DNA from: an uncultured Gemmatimonadales bacterium
GTDB taxonomy: Bacteria; Gemmatimonadota; Gemmatimonadetes; Gemmatimonadales; GWC2-71-9
Length of the DNA stretch: 33,311 nt
NCBI GenBank assembly: GCA_963779755.1
Contig: CAVZZO010000004.1
Location: 1 to 33,311, forward strand
Direction of reading: 5' to 3'
The position numbers and the translations under genes were made by a program. Below the pieces are notes generated by a model. That model was not told where the DNA came from, searched no databases, and saw nothing but the letters and a program-made list of their open reading frames with translations. Positions 1 through 8,289 of the stretch are shown one piece after another (positions within the stretch are counted from its first letter, which is position 1; each line of letters begins with the position of its first letter).

Positions 1-242
1 ACCCGTGATCCGGCGACGATCGCCGAGGCAGCCGGGCGCCAGCGGGTCTGGGCCGAGCGCGCTGGCCGAGGAGCCGGGGCTGGGTCTCATCGTGATGGGC
101 CATACCCATCATCCGCCCTCGACGAAACCGTTCCACGGCGGTAGATCGGATCCCGGCGCCGGGCTGGATGGTTCGCTATGCGGTGGCGACCGAAACAGGG
201 GCGGAGCTTCGGTCTTTCGGGGCGGTGAGCAGTAAGCAGTGA
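1..242 (+). CDS. 3' fragment of a metallophosphoesterase (LpxH-like), frame-broken in this sequence
   Basis: LIVMGHTHH motif in ORF 5..235, then DPGA and, in another frame, RYAVATETGAELRSFGAVSSKQ* ending at TGA 240-242. Truncated by the window start and contains several apparent indels. Confidence 0.55.
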
Positions 243-289
243 GCGGGAGTCTCCCTGTTCACCGCTACGCTCACCGCTCACCGCTCACC
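222..289. repeat. Heptamer tandem repeat (GCRGTRA)n facing its reverse complement (TCACCGC)n; hairpin between convergent genes
   Basis: gcggtga gcagtaa gcagtga gcgg ... ccgc tacgc tcaccgc tcaccgc tcacc read directly. Confidence 0.85.
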
Positions 290-1100
290 CCAGCGCCACC
301 ACCTCCGCCTGGTCAGCCGTTTCGCCATGAATCGCGCGCCACCTGGCGGAAGCGCGGCTCGTCGTCGCTCACCACGAACCGATGGGTGGCCCCCGAGCCA
401 GGCGGACCGGCCAGGCCGCGTTCCCCCAGCACCCCTTCCAGCGCCAGCGCGGTCTGCTCGGCGCTGTCGATCAGGGCCACCGCCGGCCCCAGTGTCCGCC
501 GCAGGAGCGGCTTCAACAACGGGTAGTGGGTGCAGCCCAGCACCAGGACCTGGATGCCGGCATCGCGCAACGGCCGCAGGTATTCATCGGCGATGAGCGC
601 CGCCGCCGGATGGTCGAACCAGCCCTCCTCCACCAGGGGCACGAACAGGGGGCAGGCCTGCTGCTCCACCCGGATGGAAGCATCCAGGGCATGGATCGCC
701 CGGCCGTAGGCGTTGCTGTGAATGGTGCCGGCGGTCCCGATCACCCCGACCACCCGCCGCCCTTCCGGTGCGGCCACTGCCGCCGCGGCCACCGCCGCCC
801 TCGCCCCGGCTCGATGACCCCGACCACGGGAACCGGCGAGGCGGCCCGCAGCGCGTCCAGCGCATGGGCGGTGCTGGTGTTACAGGCGATCACGACCGCC
901 TTCACCCCCTCGCCCAGGAGCCAGTGCAGAATCTCCAGGCTGTAGCGCCGAACGGTATCGGGCGACTTGGGACCGTACGGAACCCGGGCAGTGTCGCCGT
1001 AGTAGATGGTCGACTCGCCGGGCAGCCGGTCGTAGATGGCACGCGCCACCGTCAACCCGCCGATGCCCGAGTCGAAGATGCCGATGGGTGCCGGGTTCAT
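285..1100 (-). CDS. murI: Glutamate racemase, split by apparent indels near 804-807 and 320-340
   Basis: [22 protein letters not shown] and VIACNT in ORF 741..1100; [10 protein letters not shown] in ORF 313..792. Adding one G to the G-run at 804-807 joins them ([12 protein letters not shown]). A likely native C-terminus QAEVVALG* ends at 285. Confidence 0.92.
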
Positions 1101-1621
1101 CGCAGATGCGGCAGCGAGACCTGCCCCACCAGCCCGCCGGGCACCGCCCGCACGCTCAGGTCCTGGGGGAAGTCCCAGAGGTGCGCCGACACGTAGGCTT
1201 CGAGTCCCGACATGAGATGGTTGAAGGCCAGCAGGATGAGCCAGTCTTCCCGTTCCGATCGCTTGGCGGCCACCCGCCCCGATCCGGTACGCTCCAGATA
1301 GCTCAGCTCATGCGAGGTCTTGAGCGTCATTCCCAGGGTGACACCCTCCCAGGCGACAAAGATGCCGCCGGTGAGCTTCCGTCCCAGTTTGGCCTGTCCC
1401 CACCCGGGGATCAGAAAGGAGCGCCACAGCGCGCCGATCGGGCCCACGGGGGGGCGGCGCACCAGGCTGGTGTCCCGGGCCGGCGTTTCCGGCACCACGC
1501 GTACGGTGTCGGGGCGCGGGGGCACCGGATTCATGCGCAGGCTGTCGGGCACCTGCGCCGCCAGCCGGGGCGCCAGGACCATGGCACAGAGCACCCCGGC
1601 CGTGGTGGCGAGCCGGTTCAT
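1097..1621 (-). CDS. Hypothetical exported/membrane protein (DUF5683-like)
   Basis: ATG at 1621 overlaps the upstream stop (ATGA). Signal-peptide-like N-terminus, [13 protein letters not shown] motif, [11 protein letters not shown] near the C-terminus. Its stop overlaps the murI start. Confidence 0.7.
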   Translation of the reverse strand: MNRLATTAGVLCAMVLAPRLAAQVPDSLRMNPVPPRPDTVRVVPETPARDTSLVRRPPVGPIGALWRSFLIPGWGQAKLGRKLTGGIFVAWEGVTLGMTLKTSHELSYLERTGSGRVAAKRSEREDWLILLAFNHLMSGLEAYVSAHLWDFPQDLSVRAVPGGLVGQVSLPHLR

Positions 1622-2517
1622 CGCGCCACCCGCAGCACCGGCAGGCGCGCCGGCTCCAGGGTGATGGCCAGCTCCGAAGCGCCGGGCCGGCGGACCTCGC
1701 CGTCCAGGTGGGCCAGTATGGGCCCCCCGGTGCTGCGCAGCGTCAGCGCGTTCGCCCGGGACATCGTGACCTCCCGCAAGCCGGTATGCCACCCTCCCAG
1801 CGCCAGCGGCATCTTGAGCATGAATCCCAGATGTGAGAGCGGACGCACCAGGCAGATATCGAAGAGGCCGTCATCCGGCTGTGCCTGGGGCGTAAGATAA
1901 AATCCTCCGCCGCAGGATTTCCCGATACCGATCTCGATACAGGTGACCGGCGCGGTGACGACCTTGCCGTTCAGTCCGATCGTGAATACCGCAGGCCTGT
2001 AGTGGCGATAGGCGCGCGCCAGCGCGGCAAGATACACCAGGGGGCCGGGCAGCCGCCGGAACGCGGGGACATGGCTGGCCACCTCGGCGTCGAGCCCCAC
2101 TCCCAGCGAGTTGACGAAGTACTCGTCCCAGGCCCGGCCCACGTCGAAACGAACCACCGCCGCGGCTGCCAGCCGGCGCAGCGCCTCCGCCGGGCGCAGC
2201 CCGGCGGTGCCGGCCATACGGGCGAAATCATTGCCCGATCCGATGGGCACCACCCCCAGCGCCGGCAGGGCCTCTACGCCGCTGGTGAGCAGCCCGTTGG
2301 CGGCCTCGTGGACCGTGCCGTCGCCTCCCAGGACCAGCAGGCGGCCGGCGCCCGACTGGGCCGCCTCCCGCGCCCGCGCCACCGCCTCGCCCGGCGCGGC
2401 GGTTTCGAGGATCTCTACGGCGCCGAACTGGGCCCGGGCCGCCGCCGCCACCCCGGGCAGCGCACGCCGGCAGCGGCCACCGCCGGCGGCGGGGTTGGCA
2501 AGCAGGGTGGTGGACAT
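1618..2517 (-). CDS. Diacylglycerol kinase family (YegS/DagK-like) lipid kinase
   Basis: NPAAGGG, GGDGTVHE, PIGSGNDFAR, FVNSLGVGLDAEV, DDGLFD and LDGE motifs. Confidence 0.92.
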   Translation of the reverse strand: MSTTLLANPAAGGGRCRRALPGVAAAARAQFGAVEILETAAPGEAVARAREAAQSGAGRLLVLGGDGTVHEAANGLLTSGVEALPALGVVPIGSGNDFARMAGTAGLRPAEALRRLAAAAVVRFDVGRAWDEYFVNSLGVGLDAEVASHVPAFRRLPGPLVYLAALARAYRHYRPAVFTIGLNGKVVTAPVTCIEIGIGKSCGGGFYLTPQAQPDDGLFDICLVRPLSHLGFMLKMPLALGGWHTGLREVTMSRANALTLRSTGGPILAHLDGEVRRPGASELAITLEPARLPVLRVAR

Positions 2518-2519
2518 GA

Positions 2520-2614
2520 CGGGAGCGTGTGGGAATCGAACCCACCGGAGTCGCCCAAGGCGCCTCCGTCGCGGATTTGAAGTCCGGCCGGACCACCAGG
2601 CCCGATCCGCCCCC
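2520..2614 (-). tRNA. selC: tRNA-Sec (anticodon UCA)
   Basis: Minus strand: GGGGGCGG AT CGGGCC TGGT GGTCCG G CCGGA CTTCAAA TCCGC GA CGGAGGCGCC TTG GGCGACTCCG GTGGG TTCGATT CCCAC ACGCTCCC G. It has a 6-bp D stem with 4-nt loop, TCA anticodon, long variable arm, extended acceptor stem and G discriminator. CCA is not encoded. Confidence 0.93.
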
Positions 2615-2624
2615 CTGGTGCACC

Positions 2625-2676
2625 GGTGGCGGTGCGGCAGGGGCGAGGCATGCCTCGCGCCTACCGCACCGCCACC
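2625..2676. repeat. 52-bp near-perfect palindrome with a REP-like core (GCAGGGGCGAGGCATGCCTCGCGCCTAC)
   Basis: The two 26-nt arms are reverse-complementary at 24 of 26 positions. The core resembles GTAG-type REP palindromes. Confidence 0.8.
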
Positions 2677-3035
2677 ACGTCGATCTCGACCCGCACGCCC
2701 CGCGGCAGCCCCGCCACGGCCACCGTGCTCCGGGCCGGCTTGTGGCTCCCGAATGCCTGGGCGTAGATGTCGTTCATCTCGGCGAAGTCCGCCATATCGG
2801 CCAGAAACACGGTGGTCTTGACCACCCTGCCGAGGTCGGTCCCGGCTGCCCGCAACACGGCGCGGAGGTTCTCCAGCACCCGCACGGTCTGCTCCCGGAT
2901 GCCGCCTTCCACCACCTGACCGCTGGCGGGATCGAGCGCGATCTGTCCCGCGGTGTAGATGGTATTCTCCACCACCACCGCCTGGCTGTAGGGCCCGATG
3001 GCGCGGGGGGCATTGTCGGTATGAACAAAATCCAT
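2661..3035 (-). CDS. ridA: RidA/YjgF family enamine/imine deaminase
   Basis: APRAIGPYSQAV, AGQIALDP, VVKTTVFL and PARSTVAVAGLPRGVRVEID motifs. ATG at 3035 with GGAG upstream. Confidence 0.93.
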   Translation of the reverse strand: MDFVHTDNAPRAIGPYSQAVVVENTIYTAGQIALDPASGQVVEGGIREQTVRVLENLRAVLRAAGTDLGRVVKTTVFLADMADFAEMNDIYAQAFGSHKPARSTVAVAGLPRGVRVEIDVVAVR

Positions 3036-3085
3036 GGCTCGGCTCCGGTGATTCTCGGGTTTCATTGGCGGGAGGCGGCCGCCGG

Positions 3086-4759
3086 CTAGAACAGCCCCTC
3101 GATACTGCCGTCGGCGTTCACCCGGATGCTTTCCGCCGCCGGCGCCCGGGAGAGCCCCGGCATGGTCATGATGTCGCCGGCCAGCGCGACCACGAACCCC
3201 GCGCCGGCCGAGGGCGACACATCGCGAATAGTGATGCGGAACCCGCTGGGCCGGCCCAGCCTGGCCGGGTCGTCGCTGAACGAATACTGGGTCTTGGCGA
3301 TGCAGACCGGCGTGTCCGCCAGGCCGATGGCTTCGCACTGCGCGATGGACCGTTCGGCGGCGGTGGTGTAGTCCACGCCGTCCGCCCCGTAGATTTCCCG
3401 CGCCACGGTCTCGATCTTCTCCTTGATGGGCCTGGCCGCGTCGTAGATGGGCCGGAAGTTCGCCTTTCCCTCGTCCAGGACGGCGAGTACCTCTTCCGCG
3501 ACGGCGATCCCGCCTTCCCCGCCCTTCTCCCACACGTCGCACAACGCGGCGCGCGATCCCCAGCCCCGGGCCGCGTCCTCGATGACGCGCAGCTCTTCCG
3601 GACTGTCGGTAATGAACCGGTTGACCGCCACCACCGTCGGCACGCCGTACTTCTGGACGTTCTCCACGTGCCCCTGGAGATTCACCAGCCCGCGGCGCAG
3701 CGCCGCCACGTCGGGGGTCGCCAGCGCATCCTTCTTGACGCCGCCATGCATCTTGAGCGCCCGTACGGTGGCCACGACGATCGCCGCCTCGGGCCGCAGA
3801 TCGCCCGCCCGGCACTTGATATCAAAGAACTTCTCCGCCCCGAGATCGGCGCCGAAGCCGGCCTCGGTCACTACGATATCGCCCAGCCCCAGGCCCAGGC
3901 GGGTCGCGACCAGCGAATTGCAGCCATGGGCGATGTTGCCGAAGGGGCCGCCATGCACCAGCGCGGGGCCGCCCTCCAGCGTCTGCACCAGGTTGGGCAG
4001 CATGGCGTCCTTGAGCAGCAGCGTCATGGCGCCGGCCGCCTTGAGATCGCCGGCGGTTACCGCCTTTTTCTCCCGGGTGAGGCCCACCACGATCCGCGCG
4101 ATCCGCCGCTCCAGGTCGGTCAGGTTGGTGGCCAGGCAGAGGATCGCCATGATCTCGCTGCCCGGCACGATGACGAACCGGTCCTCGCGCGGGGGGCCCC
4201 CGTTGAGACCGCCCAGGCCCACCACGATGTGGCGCAGGGCCCGGTCGTTCATGTCGATGGTCCGGGGCCAGGTGATACGCCGCTGGTCCAGCGCCCGGCC
4301 GTTGCCCTGGTAGATATGATTGTCCAGCAGCGCCGAGAGCAGGTTGTGGGCGGAGGTGATCGCGTGAAAGTCGCCGGTGAAATGCAGGTTGATCTCGTCC
4401 ATCGGCACCACCTGGGCATACCCGCCGCCCGCCGCGCCGCCCTTCACGCCGAAGACCGGCCCCAGCGACGGCTCCCGCAGGCACAGCACCGTGCGCTTGC
4501 CCATCCGGCGCAACGCCTGGGCCACGCCCACGGCGCAGGTCGACTTTCCCTCGCCGGCCGGCGTGGGGTTGATCCCCGTCACCAGCACCAGCCGGCCGCG
4601 GGCCTTCGAGCGCGCCATGACCTCGGGGGCGATCTTGGCCTTGTAGCGGCCATAGGGCAGGATGTCGTCGGGCCCCAGGTCCAGCTCGGCGGCCACGTCG
4701 GCGATGGGCCGCAGCGTCGCGGCCTGCGCGATAGCGATATCGGACGGGATAGAAGCCAA
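3086..4759 (-). CDS. fhs: Formate--tetrahydrofolate ligase
   Basis: PYGRYKAKI, TPAGEGKST, VKGGAAGGGYAQV, HGGPFGNIAHGCNS, TEAGFGADLGAEKF, CIAKTQYSFSDD and IMTMPGL motifs. TTG start with GGAGGA upstream. Confidence 0.97.
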   Translation of the reverse strand: MASIPSDIAIAQAATLRPIADVAAELDLGPDDILPYGRYKAKIAPEVMARSKARGRLVLVTGINPTPAGEGKSTCAVGVAQALRRMGKRTVLCLREPSLGPVFGVKGGAAGGGYAQVVPMDEINLHFTGDFHAITSAHNLLSALLDNHIYQGNGRALDQRRITWPRTIDMNDRALRHIVVGLGGLNGGPPREDRFVIVPGSEIMAILCLATNLTDLERRIARIVVGLTREKKAVTAGDLKAAGAMTLLLKDAMLPNLVQTLEGGPALVHGGPFGNIAHGCNSLVATRLGLGLGDIVVTEAGFGADLGAEKFFDIKCRAGDLRPEAAIVVATVRALKMHGGVKKDALATPDVAALRRGLVNLQGHVENVQKYGVPTVVAVNRFITDSPEELRVIEDAARGWGSRAALCDVWEKGGEGGIAVAEEVLAVLDEGKANFRPIYDAARPIKEKIETVAREIYGADGVDYTTAAERSIAQCEAIGLADTPVCIAKTQYSFSDDPARLGRPSGFRITIRDVSPSAGAGFVVALAGDIMTMPGLSRAPAAESIRVNADGSIEGLF

Positions 4760-4783
4760 GGTGCTACTCCTCCGGTTATGAGA

Positions 4784-4852
4784 GGGTGAGCGGTGAGCGG
4801 TGAGCGGTAAGCGGGGAGGATCCCGCTCGCTGCTTACCGTTCACCGCTCACC
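4784..4852. repeat. Second heptamer (GCGGTGA)n / (TCACCGC)n inverted array, overlapping the tatD stop
   Basis: gggtga gcggtga gcggtga gcggtaa gcgg ... ctgc ttaccgt tcaccgc tcacc. Confidence 0.85.
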
Positions 4853-5622
4853 GGATGGGGTCGAACCCGCTCTCCAAACACCCGCGCGGCATTCTCGGTT
4901 GTCGCCGCGGCCAGGTCTTCCAGGGTCATGCCCCGCACCGCCGCCACCCGGGCCCCCGTGTCGCGCACCCATGCCGGTTCGTTCCGTCGGCCCCGGTGCG
5001 GGACCGGCGCAAGGTAGGGCGCGTCGGTCTCCAGCAGCAACCGGTCCAGCGGAACGGCGCGCACCGCATCGTCCAGCGTCCAGTTGCGGAAGGTGGCCAT
5101 GCCGCTGAAGGAGACGTAATCACCCCGGGCCAGCGCGGCCTCCAGCAGCGACGGTCCGGAGCTGAAGGAGTGCAGGACCGCGGTGATGCCTCCGGCCTGG
5201 CGCAGGGCCGCCGCCACGTCTTCATCCGCCTCGCGGGCGTGAACGACGACGGGCAGGCGCCGTTCGGCGGCGAGCGCCAGTTGCCGGGCGAAGACCTGGC
5301 GCTGCAGCGGCCGGGGAGCATGGTCGTAGTGGTAGTCCAGCCCGATCTCGCCCAGGGCCACGATGGCGGGGTGGCCCAGCGCCTGCGCCAGCCAGGTGGC
5401 GCTGTCGGCGGTCCAGGTGGCGGCATCGTGGGGATGAATCCCGGTGGCCAGGGAGAGCCCCCGGTGGCGCGCGGCCAGCTCCCGGGCGCGTTCGAACGCG
5501 GCGGGCGACTCCCCGATCACGACAACGTGCCCGACCCCGGCTTCCAGGGCCCGGGCGAGCACGTCATCGAGATCCGCGGCAAAGGCGGCATCGGCCAGAT
5601 GGCAGTGGGTGTCCACCAGCAC
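4834..5622 (-). CDS. tatD: TatD family hydrolase/DNase
   Basis: VDTHCHL, GIHPH, GEIGLDYHY, VHAREA, LHSFS and ETDAPYLAPVPHRGRRNEPA motifs. GTG start at 5622. Confidence 0.93.
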   Translation of the reverse strand: MLVDTHCHLADAAFAADLDDVLARALEAGVGHVVVIGESPAAFERARELAARHRGLSLATGIHPHDAATWTADSATWLAQALGHPAIVALGEIGLDYHYDHAPRPLQRQVFARQLALAAERRLPVVVHAREADEDVAAALRQAGGITAVLHSFSSGPSLLEAALARGDYVSFSGMATFRNWTLDDAVRAVPLDRLLLETDAPYLAPVPHRGRRNEPAWVRDTGARVAAVRGMTLEDLAAATTENAARVFGERVRPHPVSGER

Positions 5623-5638
5623 GCCGGCGGCCCCCGCC

Positions 5639-6607
5639 TCAGGCGACCGGCTGTACCTTGCGGCCCTGCGGCGCCTTCGCCGTTCGCACGCCGCGGACAT
5701 CGGCGCCGGGCCAGCGGCGCTCGATCCACATGAGGACCGGCGAGGCGATATAGATGGAGCTGAAGGTGCCGGTGAAGACGCCGAAGAGCATCACCAGCGC
5801 AAAGGGCCGGATCACTTCGCCCCCGAAGATGGTCAGCGCGGTCAGCGTGGCCAGGGTGGTGCCGTGGGTCAGCACGCTGCGCGGCAGGGTCTCGTTGATC
5901 GACCGGTTCAGGATTTCGGTGAAACTCTCCCGCCGGAGCTTGTGCAGGTTTTCCCGCACCCGGTCGAAAATGATGATGGTATCGTTGAGCGAGTACCCCA
6001 CCATGGAGAGCAGCGCCGCCACCACCACCAGGCTCACCTCCAGCCGCATCACGCTGATGAAGGCGATGGTGGTGACGATGTCGTGCGCGGTGGCGATGAC
6101 CGCCGCCAGGCCGAAGCGCCACTCGAAGCGGTAGGCCAGATAGGCCAGCACGGCGAAGAACGACAGAAAAATCGCCAGGAACGCCTTCTGCCGCAGCTCG
6201 CCGCCCACCTTGGGGCCTACCGCCTCGCTCGCGCCGGCGGTGTAGTTGCCCTTGCCCAGGAGCCCGTTGAGCGCGGCGGTGACGGCGTCGGCCGTCGCCT
6301 GGGTGTCGTTGGGGTCGGTGCCCGGCTTGAACACCCGCGCCCGGATGGCATACTCCTGATTGCTGCCGAACGAGGTGATCTCGGCGTTGTGGATGCCGGC
6401 CTGGTCGAGCCCGGCGCGCAGCCGGCCGACATCCACCGGCGCCGCCGTCGTGATCCGGATCATCGTGCCGCCGGTGAACTCGATGCTGTAGTTCAAGCCG
6501 TTCACGGCAAGAAAGGCGAGGCCGGCGACCACGATGACGATGGTCGCCCAGATCGCCTTCCAGCGGAAGCCGATAAAGTCGTAGTTGGCGTGCGCGAAGA
6601 GTCGCAT
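5639..6607 (-). CDS. secF: Protein translocase subunit SecF
   Basis: IEFTGG, VGPKVGGEL, GYSLNDTIIIFDRVRE and GTFSSIYIASP motifs. Confidence 0.97.
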   Translation of the reverse strand: MRLFAHANYDFIGFRWKAIWATIVIVVAGLAFLAVNGLNYSIEFTGGTMIRITTAAPVDVGRLRAGLDQAGIHNAEITSFGSNQEYAIRARVFKPGTDPNDTQATADAVTAALNGLLGKGNYTAGASEAVGPKVGGELRQKAFLAIFLSFFAVLAYLAYRFEWRFGLAAVIATAHDIVTTIAFISVMRLEVSLVVVAALLSMVGYSLNDTIIIFDRVRENLHKLRRESFTEILNRSINETLPRSVLTHGTTLATLTALTIFGGEVIRPFALVMLFGVFTGTFSSIYIASPVLMWIERRWPGADVRGVRTAKAPQGRKVQPVA

Positions 6608-6609
6608 GG

Positions 6610-8277
6610 TCAGATGCTCAGCGTGGACATGGCCGGCCGGCGGCTCAGCCAGATCATGAAGAAGGTACGGGTCACGAAAATGGCGGTGATCATCGACGCG
6701 ATGATGCCCATGATGAGCGTGACCGCGAAGCCCTTCACCGGCCCGGTACCGAACTGGAACAGGAAGAGCGCCGTCAGCACGGTGCTCACGTTGGAGTCGA
6801 CGATGGCGTTCATGGCGTGGCGGAACCCCTCGTCCACCGACAACCGGACGGTCTTGCCCAGCGCCAGCTCTTCCCGGATGCGTTCGAAGATCAGCACGTT
6901 GGCATCGACCGCGATGCCGATACTCAGCACCAGGCCCGCCAGCCCCGGCAGGGTGAGCGTCGCACTGACCATCGCGAGTCCGCCCAGGGCGAACAGCACG
7001 TAGAGCGCCAGCGCCAGCACCGCCAGCAGGCCGCTCACCCGGTAGTAGGCGATCATGACCAGGATCACCAGCACCGTGCCGACGATGCCCGCCGTGATCC
7101 CCTTGCGGATCGAGTCCGCCCCCAGGCTGGGGCCCACCTGCCGCCGGTCCACGATCTTGAGCGGGATGGGCAGCGCGCCGGCCCGCAGCGTGAGCGCCAG
7201 GTCCTGCGCCTCCTGCAGTGTGCGGTTGCCCAGTGTGATCTGGCCGTTGCGGTTGATCTGGCTCTGGATCACCGGGGGGCGCCCCTGCACCCGCCCGTCC
7301 AGGATGATGGCCATGTAGTCGCCCACATGCTGCGCCGTCTCCCGGCCGAAGATGCGGCCACCCGCGCGGTCCAGCTCGAACGGCACGATGGCCTGCTGGT
7401 TGGTCTGGTCGATCTGGGCGCTGGCGTTCACCAGGTTCTGCCCGGTGATCATGGGCTTGGGCTCCAGCGCGTAGAGCAACCGGTAGGGCTGGGCCCCCAC
7501 GCTGATCGCGTTCGCCGACCAGAGCAGGTCGATGCTGCGCGGGATGGCCCGGGCCACCGCCGGAATCCGCAGCAGGCTGTCCACCCGGGGATAGGCGCTC
7601 TCGGGCACGGCGTACTCGCCGGGAATGCTCCCCAGGCCGACCTCGCCGCTGGGCCGGATGAGGCTGCTCAGCACCCCGGCACCCGCCGCCGCCGCGGCGC
7701 TGTCCTGCACCGCCTGGCTGGTATCCTGCTTCCCGGTGTCGCCCAGGAGCTGCTCCACCGCGCTGGGCGCCGCGCCCGGCGCCTCCCCCGGGGCACCGGC
7801 GGTGACGCCGGCATTGCGGGCCGCCCGGTCCAGGGCCGGCAGCGCGCGGTCCAGCGCGCCGGTCTTGTCGGTCAGGCGGAATTCGAGGAAGGCGGTCCGC
7901 TCCACGATGGCCACGGCCCGCTCCGGGTCTTTCAGGCCGGGCAGTTCGACCACGATGCGATCGTTGCCCACCTCCTGCACCAGCGGCTCCATCACCCCGA
8001 ATTCGTCCATCCGCTTGCGCAGCACGGTGAGCGCCAGATCGAGATCGCGCTTGGGGTCGGTGGAGACCTTCTTGGACTGATCCAGTTCCAGCGCCAGGTG
8101 CATGCCGCCCTGGAGGTCCAGGCCGAGGGCCAGAGGGACCTTCTTCACGGTGACGTCGTGCATGGCGCCGTCCGGCCCCCGCTCACGGGTACTCTGTGTC
8201 CGGGGGAACAGGTTGAAGGCCGCCACGGCGACGAGGATCAGGATCAGGATCAGGCGCGATCGTATGGTTGCGAACAT
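6610..8277 (-). CDS. secD: Protein translocase subunit SecD
   Basis: LGLDLQGG, LRAGALP, VGPSLG and LTLPGLAGLVLSIGIAVDANVLIFERIREE motifs. Confidence 0.97.
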   Translation of the reverse strand: MFATIRSRLILILILVAVAAFNLFPRTQSTRERGPDGAMHDVTVKKVPLALGLDLQGGMHLALELDQSKKVSTDPKRDLDLALTVLRKRMDEFGVMEPLVQEVGNDRIVVELPGLKDPERAVAIVERTAFLEFRLTDKTGALDRALPALDRAARNAGVTAGAPGEAPGAAPSAVEQLLGDTGKQDTSQAVQDSAAAAAGAGVLSSLIRPSGEVGLGSIPGEYAVPESAYPRVDSLLRIPAVARAIPRSIDLLWSANAISVGAQPYRLLYALEPKPMITGQNLVNASAQIDQTNQQAIVPFELDRAGGRIFGRETAQHVGDYMAIILDGRVQGRPPVIQSQINRNGQITLGNRTLQEAQDLALTLRAGALPIPLKIVDRRQVGPSLGADSIRKGITAGIVGTVLVILVMIAYYRVSGLLAVLALALYVLFALGGLAMVSATLTLPGLAGLVLSIGIAVDANVLIFERIREELALGKTVRLSVDEGFRHAMNAIVDSNVSTVLTALFLFQFGTGPVKGFAVTLIMGIIASMITAIFVTRTFFMIWLSRRPAMSTLSI

Positions 8278-8289
8278 GATGTCCCGGAC

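Noticed and set aside
790..815. Programmed frameshift in murI
   Set aside because: There is no slippery heptamer or stimulatory structure. A one-base loss in a G-run near other indels is simpler.
2661..3815. 384-aa ORF suggesting an extended RidA fusion
   Set aside because: The extension overlaps fhs in another frame. RidA has its own ATG and SD at 3035.
4760..4833. Possible THF or ZTP riboswitch upstream of fhs
   Set aside because: The spacer is short and filled by the heptamer array; I see no aptamer consensus.
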